From Zootoca vivipara (taxonomy: Eukaryota): a DNA stretch of 64,000 nucleotides. Location of the stretch: assembly GCF_963506605.1 (NCBI RefSeq), contig NC_083289.1:10168001-10232000 (forward strand), written 5' to 3'. The translations under genes and the position numbers were made by a program. Shown one piece after another: positions 51,120-61,886 of this stretch. A model generated the notes under the pieces. The model saw nothing but the letters and a program-made list of their open reading frames with translations. It was not told where the DNA came from and did not search any database. Position 1 is the first letter of the stretch, and each line of letters opens with the position of its first letter.

Positions 51120-54100
51120 CATAGAAACTCTTGCAGAGTTGGTAGCAAATAGCTCTGTTCAGCTAGAACTCTGCACATACGGTGTGAGTGATTTGGCTGT
51201 GTTAATGAAATAGTCGTTGTAGAAATTGAGAAAAGCCTCTATGGTGTGAACCAGTCACAGGTTGTTGTTGTTGTTGTTGTTGTTGTTGTAATAATTTATT
51301 TATACCCCACCCACCTGGCTTCCAACAAAATATTAAAATACAGTAGTCCTTCAGATATTAAAAGCTTCCCTAAACAGAGTGCTGTGGGTTAAACCACAGA
51401 GCCTAGGGCTTGCCGATCAGAAGGTCGGCGGTTCGAATCCCCGCGATGAGGTGAGTTCCCGTTGCTTCATCCCTGCTCCTGCCCACCTAGCAGTTCGAAA
51501 GCACGTCAAAGTGCAAGTAGATAAATAGGTACCACTCAGGTGGGGAGGTAAACAGCGTTTCCGTGCGCTGCTCTGGTTCGTCAGAGGTGGCTTTGTCATG
51601 CTGGCCACATGACCCAGAAGCTGTATGCCGGCTCCCTCGGCCAATAACGTGAGATGAGCGCCGCAACCCCAGAGTCGGTCACGACTGGACCTAATGGTCA
51701 GGGGTCCCTTTACCTTTACTAAACAGAGCTCCCTTCAGATGTCTTCTAAAAGTCTGGTAGTAGTAGATTGCAATTGCCTAATTTATGGGAGTTGTAATCC
51801 AGCCACATCAGTTTGCAGGTTGCTGGACAAAACTGCCCCCTGCCAAAAGATTTTACATTGCAAAAGTAAAAACTAACTAAAGCATAGTTCATTGGTGCGG
51901 GCGGTACATGTACATGCCTGTGGTGCATGTGATCCTTAATGCTAGCACCAAATGAAGGGTTTGACCACTGTTTGGAGAATAGTTGGTTCATGCTCCTGAA
52001 CTTGTGACACTGCTGACCCTAAAGAAGTTTAGGAGACTCCGTGGAAAATGGAGGCATGGATTTCTCTACAGTTCCCATTCACTCTAGGTAAGAAAATACT
52101 ATCTGCTGCCTTCCCTTTGCCCCCCCCCCCAAACAATTGGCAGATGGGAGATAACAGGGGAAAACAGCAAGCACCTGGAAAGCACAACTAGATGCTCAGC
52201 AAATATAGTTGGCTAAAGAGCTGCCCTGTCAAAGACGGTGGCTTTATGGATCTTGTTGGTGTGTTCCTGAGACAGATGTACCTGCAGCTTCTGGATATAG
52301 AAGATGGTCAGCGGAAACTGGAGCAAGCACCGGAGGAGGAGCACCTCCACTTCTGTGAGAAATTTGCGCATGAGCTGGGACATATCTATCAAGCCCTAAG
52401 AATTGAAGAGCAGAACTCGGAAAAGTGAGTCCAGGGGGAATATTTGCGGCAGTGATGCTACATGAGATGTGTGTTAGGATGAAGAAGACGGTGGCTGTTG
52501 TGGCCACGTGTCTGTGGACCCACCTCTATCCATCAGGCCAGCTGCCTACTTAGGTTACCAGGCCGCTGACAATTTCTACTCCTTGGGTTCATACCATCCT
52601 CCCTCTCTAGCAGAAGAGCCAGGAGATGTTCTGTTCTGTTAAACGGCCACGTCTGAAGTCCAGACAGCACTAGGTACAACATAACCATGGGCCTTTGGGT
52701 ATGTTTTTGGCCCCTTTCCCCTTTCTAGACTCTCATGATGCTTTGGCAGTGAGGTACGTGTGTGGACCAGCTGGTCTTTTCTTCCAGGGAAGCCAAAGAT
52801 GAATTCCTTCAGATCCTGCTTGTGGGAAAAGGCAAGAGGCTGGTGGCTCGTCTGTTGCCACACTTGCCGCAGGAGCAGGCCAAGCAGGTCCTTGTGAGCA
52901 TCACCCAGCACCTACCGTTTCTCCTTCAGAAGGACATGATGGATGAGGTACCCGTCCTGTGTGTTCCACTTCTCCCTAAAACCATCTGCAGAGTGTAAAG
53001 CCCTTTACCATCATTGATGACCTTGTTATGAGGCTCCCATTATAAATTGACTTTTGGGGTGCAAACGGGGGTTTGCAGTAAAATGAGACATTTAAATTGG
53101 GTTGTGGGGGAAGCTAACGTCTCTAAACGACATTGCTTGCACAATTTAATTTACACCAGATTTTTCTTGCATAACCAGACCCAAGCCACCAGAAAACTGA
53201 AATATGTGCACAGCATTGTGGAAGCTGAAATGTGTAAGATGGGCTGTGCCTTTACAGAATGAACTGAAAATGTTGCTTGAATCCTGTTCGGCTGAGAGGC
53301 TGCAGAATTTTTCAGAGAGCAGGCAGTAACCCTTGCTTGATAGGTTGTAATGGTTTGGGTTAAATTTATCAAGCCCACCCTGTGCTTGGGAGTAGAAACT
53401 TCATTTCTCTTAACAGGTTCAGTGTATAGAAATAAAGACCTATAACTCTTACTACTTCCTATAGCATTAGAGTTCTCTATCCCATAGATAAGGTTTATTA
53501 ACTCTTAAAGGGTAAGCAAGCTTGATTTTAACATTTATCCTTTCAACTTACTCCTTCCATGTTCTGTGGGCTTGGTAGTCTCTGCCCATTCTCTACGGTC
53601 CTCTCTGTGATGTCATTGAGCAGTTGACCTTCAGTGAGATGATAGACATCTTACAGGAGCTAACCAGATTGCAGCCGGAGTCTGTCCAGCAATCGCTTGC
53701 TATGGTGTTTGGGAACAAGGTGTGTTTGGGGACAGGGCTTTGAAACTTTCCCGGGGATCCTGGCAGAATTTTGTGGCGGAGCAACAAACAGGGTGGGAGG
53801 GGGAGACTTTTAAATTCCCTTAGTATTTGCCAGTACCGGTGTGGTTTTATGCCACCTTACCTCAAGGTTGACATTGAGTGTGGTGGGTTCCATTGCTGCT
53901 GTTCCTTTGCTAATGTTTCCTGCTGTGCCATCTTCTCTCCTTGTCTCTCCAAGTTTGCCATCTCACTTCTATACCTTCTCCTGAGTCACGGGGAGAGATG
54001 TCTCTCCTCCGGAATGCCCCTGAAGCCCCGCAATGGAGACTTTGAAAAATGGTGAGGTGGCATCTGTTGGGCAGGGTGGTCCCAAGTAATTTGTGTCTGC

Positions 54101-55340
54101 AGACACCAAGCCTCTTAACGTTTCATCTCCATCCTTCCCCCCCCCCCACTTCCCTTTTCTTCCCCTCAGGGTGGATACAGTGCTCCTTGTGGCTAGGGAG
54201 CTTTCTCAGGTACCCAAGGCGTCGATGGTAGAGCCATTTCACCTCCCCAGCAACCTCCTTTTTCTCTTCTGCCGCTATGTAGACAAAGACATGGCAAACC
54301 ACTTAGATGCCAAGATGGAGTAAGTTTTGGGCATTGACAGAGAGCAGGTACTTGGAGGAGTGGGGGAAGAGCATGTCATGTAGAGTGGCTGGGGAAACCC
54401 AGCCAGATGGGCAGGGTATAAATATTATTTATTATTATTACCGTACTATTGCTATTGAAGCAAGTAAACTTACATACAGTGGAGGCTGTATTAGGTTGAA
54501 TGGGGTACTATCCCACCAACCTCACCTCGGTCAGGCGACTGCCTGTCTCCTTAAAACCACCCAGTGGGGTGACCCTTAATGTCGGGGTTTGCCTCCTCAC
54601 TCTGTTTTGCCATTTGTTAATTCGGCAGGGAGAGTGATGGAGGCCAAACGAGAACCAGCTGGTCTCATTGGCTCTGGCTTCCCCTACTGTTGGTCTCCCT
54701 GCTCTCCACCCCGCCAGTCCAAATGGGCACCAGTCACCACCGCTGACACAAATAACATGGCAGAACCCAGATGTAAGGCAAAGCTGCAAATTGGAACACT
54801 ACTGCTGTTTTCCTTTGGTCTCCTCTCATGATGGATCCCTCTTTATGATGGCTTGTCGCTCTTGGAAATGAAGGGCTCATAATGGGCAATAGGGGTTCAT
54901 TGTTTTCCCTACCAGAAAACTCCCTGCTTTCCTAATGCTTATTTTCATGTTCAACATGCTACACTGCACTATAAGTGTTAGAACATTGGCCCCATTAGCT
55001 CAGTATTGGCTACCTCGACTGCCAGAGGTGCTCTCGGGTTTCAGATGATGGCTTCTCCCAGACCTACCTGGAGATGCCTGGGACAGTCTGCTCTACCACT
55101 GACCACTGTCCTCTTAACATTGAAGGATCCTTGCTATTGTTTGGGTTGACTTCTTGCCTCCTTCTAGCACAGCCAAGAGATTGCATATATTGATATGTGA
55201 GATACTTTGAGGGCCTTTAGGCTGCTGTGAGCGCCATACATTTTAGGATAGCGATGCTGTTCTCAGGAGAACTCTTCCACGTTGTAATTTCTTTTAGGTG
55301 GGCTTCCTTCTACTACCTGGCTGAGAACCTTGGTTCATGA
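33067..55340 (+). CDS. PATL2: Protein PAT1 homolog 2 (oocyte mRNA regulator), about 737 aa
   Basis: In-frame GT-AG exons: 33067-33111, 35559-35661, 36922-37265 (acidic, NLGDPAV), 39380-39448, 40227-40292, 41478-41624, 42074-42160, 45247-45377, 46957-47034 ([11 protein letters not shown]), 48568-48709 ([28 protein letters not shown]), 49427-49544, 49626-49723 ([21 protein letters not shown]), 50342-50386, 52276-52424, 52788-52947 ([11 protein letters not shown]), 53579-53719, 53954-54051, 54170-54319, and a tentative last exon 55298-55340. Head-to-head with B2M as in human. The N-terminal exons and the last exon are less certain. Confidence 0.93.
34494..34727. mobile_element. TA-flanked Tc1/mariner-superfamily MITE
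   Basis: Imperfect TIRs CCCTGTTTCCCC / GGAGAAACATGG, with repeated AAAATAAG(A/C)CA motifs. Confidence 0.7.
35729..36125 (+). mobile_element. L2-clade LINE 3' fragment
   Basis: Encodes [32 protein letters not shown], typical of an L2 ORF2 C-terminus. Related 3' fragments at about 19631-19915 (+), 20645-20885 (+), 31850-32090 (-), 41090-41175 (-), 41845-41995 (+) and 51290-51375 (-). Confidence 0.8.
36311..36666. mobile_element. Tc1-like MITE
   Basis: TA-flanked long TIRs CAGGTGAAACGCGGAAAATTAGAATAT / ATATTCTAATTTCCCGAGTTTCACCTG. Confidence 0.85.
37436..38157. mobile_element. Non-autonomous hAT element
   Basis: TIRs CAGTGATGG / CCATCACTG, with 8-bp TSD GTTTGAGG / GTTTAAGG (7 of 8). Confidence 0.85.
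42995..43357 (+). mobile_element. tRNA-derived SINE with a nested MITE fragment (about 43050-43145)
   Basis: A-box-like TGGTGTAGTGGTTAAGAG head and a (CTT)n tail. Related SINE heads near 19530 and 58933. Confidence 0.65.
44693..45045 (+). mobile_element. Sauria SINE, full length
   Basis: GGGACCCAGGTGGC head with A/B-box-like motifs and an ACCTTT tail. Similar to the other copies. Confidence 0.9.
45558..46340 (-). mobile_element. Unclassified non-LTR-type element with (CAAC)n tail, split by a Sauria SINE
   Basis: (TTGG)n at 45558-45581. A diverged inverse-orientation relative lies at about 16003-16115. The family assignment is uncertain. Confidence 0.55.
45938..46290 (+). mobile_element. Sauria SINE, full length, nested in an older retroelement
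   Basis: Same head and tail as the other copies, with B box GGTTCGAATCC. Confidence 0.9.
48716..49090 (-). mobile_element. Bov-B LINE 3' fragment immediately after a PATL2 donor
   Basis: High similarity to 62440-62820, including the (TTG)n tail. Confidence 0.92.
49113..49256 (-). mobile_element. Internally deleted Sauria SINE
   Basis: Reverse-complement matches to both the head and tail segments of the plus-strand copies. Confidence 0.75.
51080..51119. repeat. (GAT)n microsatellite
   Basis: About 13 units. (GTT)n nearby at 51261-51289. Confidence 0.95.
51380..51719 (+). mobile_element. Sauria SINE inserted in an L2 fragment
   Basis: 10-bp target duplication CTAAACAGAG (51370-51379 / 51719-51728). 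The L2 sequence continues on both sides. Confidence 0.9.
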
Positions 55341-55444
55341 CTAGCAGAATGAGAGCTGTGGAATGGCAGCAAGCCCTGGCCAAAGCAGGCTGGGGGAAGC
55401 TATAAGAGCCCTTGCTCAAGTGCTTCCTGTTTAATATCCTTGTA

Positions 55445-55781
55445 CAGTGGTACCTCGGTTTATGAACACAATTGGTTCCGGAAGTCTGTTCATAAACTGA
55501 AGCATTCATAAACTGAAGTGAACTTTCCCATTGAAAGTAATGGAAAGTGGATTAATTCGTTCCAGACGGGTCCGCGGAGTACTCAACCTGAAGCGTACTT
55601 AACCCGAAGCATGGGTGTAATTGTTTCTGGAAGTCTGTTCATAAACGGAAGCGTTCATAAACTGAAGTGAACTTTCCCATTGAAAGTAATGGAAAGTGAA
55701 TTAATCTGTTCCAGATGGGTCCGCGGCGTTCGTAAACGGAACATTCGTAAACCGAGGTGTTAACAAACCGAGGTTCCACTG
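55445..55781. mobile_element. Tigger/pogo-like MITE
   Basis: TA-flanked CAGTGGTACCTCGGTTT / AAACCGAGGTTCCACTG. Nearly identical to 61550-61886. Confidence 0.88.
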
Positions 55782-57575
55782 TATGGTTCACATTCTACAC
55801 CTGCAAGCATGGTCCTTTGCAAATGATGGCCCCGTTATGAGCTGGTTTGCTAAATAAACATGGGAATCAGGGTAGTAGCTGACAGCTGGGTGGCCAGAAA
55901 CTTATGTGAGCTTCATGTTTTGCAAATATAATTGTGGAGCAGTTCCTTCTACTTGGTAAAATGGGATAAAAGGAGATTGGAGAGAGCTCTTCACTGGGGA
56001 TGCCACAGAATAGCTGAAGCCTTGCAGCAGGCATAGCCAATGTGGCGCCCTCTCAATGTTTTGGACTACAACTCCTGTAATCTCTTGACCATTAGCTACA
56101 CTGGCTGGGGCTGGTGGGCGTTGTATTGCAAAACAACATGCGGGGCACTACATTGGCTAACCTTGCTTTACAGAACGCAGTCGGCCACTGATGGGAACTA
56201 ATTTCCCCCTTTGGTTCCTGATTTGCTTTCCTTTATGTTTCAGGTGATTGGCTTCGGCCTTCAAGAGCTATCGCAACACTTGGAACCTCCTTTGTTGCTG
56301 CAGCGTGACCGTTGGTGGTAGTTACAGTCGTCAGGAGGGTTGGCTGTAGCTAGAACACAGTGGTTGTTTAAAGAAAATAATTATTTAATTCACAAATTCT
56401 GCTTTTGTTTGTGGTACGACATGGTCCCCCCCCCAAAAAGTGCTCTGTGCCAATATTGTAGATATTCAGTGCTAGCTCAGTATGTAAACTCAGGCTGAAA
56501 TGAGTGAACACAGGCTTGCCCGTACAGTAAATACTAGGTTGTGGGGGGATGAACTTTGTTTTTTACAAGATCTTGTGTACAGCACTTATACAATAAAAGC
56601 AAATAAAACTAGTTTGAAATATTGGATCTTGAAGGTGGGGGGGGGGTGCGCATAGTTACCCTAAGAAATATTGTGCATGTATTCTTTGTTAATATTTAAC
56701 TTTTCCTACAGATGTGGGTAGGTACCCAGAGACCCTTGAAGGCAGTGGAACCTCCTGCCAATGCCTTGAACAGGATGCTAAGTGTATCACTTGAAGTGCC
56801 ATGTTTCGTTTTTTTCCAGTCTTTTCATTAGGACGGTGGGTGGGTTAACCATTTCCTCCCCCATTGTGTTCCCTATTAAATTGCCTCTATGCTGCCATGA
56901 TGGCCAGTGGTGGCAGCTTTCACCTGGGACTATCATAGTGCGGGAGGAAAGGTTGTACCTTTTTGCAGTCCCTCGTTTTTTTCCTTTTAATAAAAATTAA
57001 AATGCAACTTTCCCTTCTTTTCTCCCCACCCCCATCGTGGCCTGTTATTAGTAAAAGAGAGAGAGAGAACATGAAATTTCAAGGGCTGTGTTTTTCAGTA
57101 TTATATGTAAGTTGGTCCTTTATATTACATGAACTGCAAACATTGGTAGAGATCTGGCTTGATGCTACATCAGAATGAGTTATTGCTCTTCAGATATTGT
57201 TAGTGTCTGTAGCTGGAGCTAGATGACCACTCTTTTCCAGAATAGAAAGGGCTTGCTGCTTTCAAATCTACAAACACATCCCATTTTTATCTCTGTTAAA
57301 CAGACTTTAAAAAAAGTACAGACACTTGTGTGCTGCTGTCTGGTTCTGGCATATGCAGTGTGTCCTAAATTCACACACACACACACCCTTGAAAATTGCT
57401 GGATGTTTTGGAACACTGCTTTATTTTGTTGCAATTGTTAATATGCTATGCCAGATGCTGTAGGATGTTTCAGTGTATTTTTATTGCTGCTGTTATTTAT
57501 TACATACTGCATTTCATTGTTTTGCAAATGGCATTCTAACTGTACTGCAATTCTATGTAAAAGTACAATGTACAA

Positions 57576-57593
57576 AATAAAAGCAGCAATAAA
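57576..57593 (+). terminator. Tandem AATAAA signals, likely distal PATL2 poly(A) site
   Basis: AATAAA at 57576-57581 and 57588-57593, with upstream TGTA elements and a downstream GT/T-rich tract. A further proximal AATAAA pair lies near 56592-56607. Confidence 0.5.
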
Positions 57594-59499
57594 AATGCAA
57601 TATCATTATTAAATGTGATAAATGTGCTGTTTCCTTGTCTTCAACCACAGATTCACAGACGCAGTATGGTAACTCCTGCAATCCTGGCCATTGCAATCTA
57701 CTGTAGCCTGTATACTTGTGTATTTACAATGTGGCTTTCTTCTGTACATCATCGTGGTTCCTGAACTCCTTGGACAAGAGAACTGCCCCTAAGCAGTTTT
57801 GCATTTTATCCATTGAGCTAGAAGTTGCACCATCTCAGAGTCTGTATTACTAACTAAACATGACATTTTACTCTCTGCCATCTCAGTGCTACAAAAAAAC
57901 TAGTTGGAGTTTTACCTACAGTTGCAAGCAATGGACCAGTGTACAATTCAGTCTTTTTCATTTCCTGTGGTAGCCCTCTGAGCCTAAGAGGTAGAATGCT
58001 GAACCACATAGTCTTGATACTTTGTCAAACATAATTGCTTTCAGCTCCAAGTAAGTGTTAGGTTTGTCATCTGTGTTTAGTAAGCATCGGAGCAACTGCA
58101 TTAAGGCTGTCCCAGTGCAGTTGGTGCCAGATGCTTGCAGAGGTGGGGCAGCCAGGTACACCTGCTCGGGACCAGCTGGTTTTTTTGAGTTTACAGTATA
58201 ACTATTCTAGCCAGACTCCTGCCCCATGCCTCAAACAAGCTCTGCATGGGCCTGGTTGGTGTTCTATCCTTGTGCTAAGTAAGGATAAGGATGAAAATGG
58301 GTTGCAGGGTTGGTATAAGCTTCTACAAATGCTATAAGATACCTTGCTACTAAATACACCCAAAGCATTTTTCTGTAAACTCTATCTTGCTATAACTGCC
58401 CACTTCCATCATGGCTACAGTTATAGGAAATCCTGTTGGTAGTACACCTGTTTACTGGTGAATACAGAAAGAGGAGACGCGTTTGTCTTTGGCTGGGCAT
58501 GAAGCCATTTCTGTTAGAAAGATAGAACCATTCACCACTAAAGAATTCCCTTTGCCAGCTAAAAGGCAAGCCTATCAGCTAACTTCATAATGGAATGAAG
58601 TAGCCACACTGCTGTAAGTAACCTAGGGTTCTAGTGTTACCAACTACTAGATCAATAAAGAATAAATCTTGTGTCTAGAATCCAACAGTTTAGTGGGATC
58701 AAATGCTGCTTTATATAACAAAAGGCTTGACAACAGTATTTGGCAATCTGCAAAGCTAGGGTTGAATAAAATTTCCTTATTCTCTTCCCACCCCCTACCT
58801 CCCGCTCTGCCCCATATATATGACAGATGATCTCTTATTTGTAGGTATGAGAAGAGGCAGACTAGTAATAAAATCCTAGACTAATACAACACATAAAATA
58901 CTATTGATTTATAAAATGCATTTATGCATACAGTGTAGTGGTTAGAATCTCGACTAGGACCTGGGAGACCAGGATTCAAATCCCCCCTCTGCCATCAGGC
59001 TCACTGCATGACTTGGCAGTCACTGTCTCTCCACCTAACCTACCACACAGGGGTGTTGGGATTAAATGGGACCATATATCCCACCTTAAGCTTTTTGGAG
59101 GAGGGATATAAATGCAATAGATAATAAATATACAATGTGCATTATCGGGGTTGCCAACTTGAATAAAATATCTGGGGCCCAGGTAAGCTCTACTCCACAT
59201 AATTGGGCACATGATGCAGTGCACACACACTATTTGAATGGGGATGCCCATTAGCTGGGTGGGGGTGGCCCTCTCAAATATTTTATTGTGGGGGCCGAAG
59301 CCCCCACGGCCCCTAGGATTTGGTCCCTACTTGCATTATACAAAATAGAAAAGCGCAAATTTGCACATTCATGAGTTTGTGTGTGCATGTGACAAATGCG
59401 GTAGGGGCCATCCCGTTCTGTAATGCACTGCTTTTGGGGGGGGGGTCATCCCCTAACCGCCCCACCCTGCTCCGTATTTTGCCAGAACCAGGTGGCAAC

Positions 59500-60300
59500 C
59501 CTACAAGACGGAAGAGGCCACCCCACATTTCCTCAAGCAAGCCGTGTAGGCCGCCTTGCGCTCCTCGGAAAGCAAGGCGGAGCCGGCTGCCCAGACCCAG
59601 GCATGCGTCTACTCGGGAGTAAGCCCCACCGCTCAATTCCACGGGACGAGAAGCCAAGCGAGGTAGACCAGGCGTGGGCGAAGAGGATGACAAGAGACCA
59701 CGCCCTGCTCCTCGCTTCCCCCCCCTCTCCACGCTCTGATTGGCTGCCTACCTCCGTCCCACTCTCCTCCTCTCTCCCCCCTCTCACTCTTTCCCAGGGG
59801 CGGCTCCCGGCTCCGCCCCTTCTTCTCTCTGAGGCCCCGCCCCCTCTCCCCGCTCGTCCTGGCGCCGCCGCGGGCTTTCCTCTCCCCATAAGCCGCCTGT
59901 TGCCGCTTCCGGCGGGGCTGTGCGGGAGCCGGAAGTGGCCTCCGCGGGTGGCGGCGACATGGCGTCGGGAGGCTCCCCTGTGGACCGGCTGCCTCCGCCT
60001 TTCCCCGCGGCGGAGCCTGCGGGCGCCCCGGAGGCGGGCAGCGACTCGGACGGGGAGGACATTTTCACCGGCAGCTCCGTGAGTGGCTTCCTCAGGAGGG
60101 CGCCCCTCCCTCCCTCCCCCTGCTGGGACCCCCACCACCAAAAACCCCGTCTTGTCAGTCGTCTTCCCCTCAGCGCTGCCTTGCTTGAGAAGTTTCTGCA
60201 GACTTGGCCAAGGGCGAGGAGGTGCCACGGCGGGTCCGATGCGCCCGTGCATCGTCTCGCCCGAAGCGGAGCCTCGCTGGGTTCAGTGGGGCTTTGCTAC
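59500..60300 (+). promoter_or_regulatory. CpG island promoter of SNX1
   Basis: Very GC/CpG-rich, with an inverted CCAAT (CTGATTGG near 59736), GC boxes, and an inverted pair of ETS cores (CTTCCGG near 59906, CCGGAAGT 59929-59936) just before the ATG. Confidence 0.8.
59959..60078 (+). CDS. SNX1: Sorting nexin-1, exon 1 (rest of gene beyond the window)
   Basis: MASGGSPVDRLPPPFPAAEPAGAPEAGSDSDGEDIFTGSS followed by a GTGAGT donor. Matches the recalled SNX1 N-terminus (MASGGG..ERLPPPFP..DSDTEGEDIFTG), including the acidic D-I/L-F motif. Confidence 0.88.
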
Positions 60301-60438
60301 TCCGGAAATTTTGTGTGTGTGTAGCAGAAAATATTAAAAAATAAATTGAAGGAACCGCAGAAAGAGGGAGGGGGAGGAAGTCAAGTTTTGAAATGTTAAA
60401 AAGACTAAAATTATTGAAATGTATAAAACTGAAAATCA

Positions 60439-60442
<4 letters not shown>

Positions 60443-60501
<59 letters not shown>
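60443..60501. repeat. (TA)n microsatellite
   Basis: About 29 perfect TA units. Confidence 0.97.
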
Positions 60502-60504
<3 letters not shown>

Positions 60505-61549
60505 ATGAGAAACTCTGTGTGTAGGATTGCAAACTTAACGGTAGTGCAAGCTTTCGCGGGCTACAAACTGCCCACTTCTTTAGTTTTCACGAAGTTGTCA
60601 AGCAAGGGTGTGGGTGTATCTTTCCGTGCATGCGAGGGGGAAGGTGCTGTTGGTCTGCTTGTGTTGTTTTCGTCGTGCATTTTGTGTTATGCATTTATCT
60701 TGGAGGGCGCCCTGTGACCTTCCAGTGAAAGACGGTGTACGAATTCTATAAAGAATCATGCATGTGAAGCTGGAAGGGCTAAATGGTGAATATCTTAACC
60801 ATTTCCCCTCCCCCTTCCTGTATAGGCACCTGCCTTCGGAGGGTAGCCCATTTATGCAGTTTTCCTTTATTATGTTCCTTGAAGATGTGTTATGATAAAC
60901 CTGGTGGCATTTAAAGTGCCACAAGGTTCTTTATTGGTTTTCCTGCAATAGAATGGGCATGGCTTCCTCTCAGAATGCTGCAGATTGATTGTAAGGATAT
61001 CCTGATGGGAAATAAAATCTTGGGTTTATGTTATGAATCTGTTGCATGGTGGAGGCTTGGAAGCAGTTTAAATCTAGAACATAAAATGATCTTTCCCCCT
61101 CATTTGGATGAGCTGGAGGACCCACTGGTGTTGACTGTTTGATCTAAATTCTAGACTTGGGTTGAGTTCAGGTCTAGGTTTCAATCCCCAGTTTTGTCTG
61201 TTGCAGCATAGCAGCAGCCTAATATGTTACCTCTCTGTAGCTACTTAATCTATCATCTTTTCTCTGTTTTGTAGCCTTTCTTTGCTAATAAGACTTCATA
61301 GGAAGCTCTCTAAATCCCATGCTGCATAAGAGCATACCGTATATTGTGTATTCTTCCTGAGATTTGCTGCTACTCCTTGTCTTAAAATGAAATTTGTTTA
61401 CTTTGAGGCTTGTTTTATATTACAATTCTGCTAGAATACTAGGTCATACACTTGATTAGTCAAATTCAATTCAAACCTTTATTGTGTTAGCATACAGCCA
61501 TAGCAAAATAAAACAATACAAAAATGCCAGAGACAAGCAACAAAGCATA

Positions 61550-61886
61550 CAGTGGTACCTCGGTTTATGAACACAATTGGTTCCGGAAGTCTGTTAATAA
61601 ACTGAAGCGTTCATAAACTGAAGCGAACTATCCCATTGAAAGTAATGGAAAGTGGATTAATCTGTTCCAGACGGGTCCGCGGAGTACTCAACCTGAAGCG
61701 TACTTAACCCGAAGCATGGGTGTAATTGGTTCCGGAAGTCTGTTCATAAACTGAAGCATTCATAAACTGAAGCGAACTTTCCCATTGAAAGTAATGGAAA
61801 GTGAATTAATCCGTTCCAGATGGGTCCATGGCGTTCGTAAACCGAAAATTCATAAACCAAGGTGTTCATAAACCGAGGTTCCACTG
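61550..61886. mobile_element. Tigger/pogo-like MITE
   Basis: Same TIRs and TA flanks as 55445-55781. Other CAGTGGTACCT-ended MITEs lie at about 38449-38673, 43441-43683, 48254-48485 and 50537-50740. Confidence 0.88.

Noticed and set aside
57958-58161. Minus-strand ORF containing LLRCLLNTDDKPNTYLEL, faintly like CIAO2A/FAM96A (LIRTIRDPEKPNTLEEL), which is SNX1's divergent neighbour in human
   Set aside because: The match is short, there is no downstream FTPTVPHC motif, and no other exons are visible. Probably chance; tBLASTn with CIAO2A would settle it.
59313-60439. Several long overlapping ORFs (219 aa, 239 aa and others)
   Set aside because: Stop-poor GC-rich CpG island. Only 59959-60078 resembles a known protein and ends at a splice donor.
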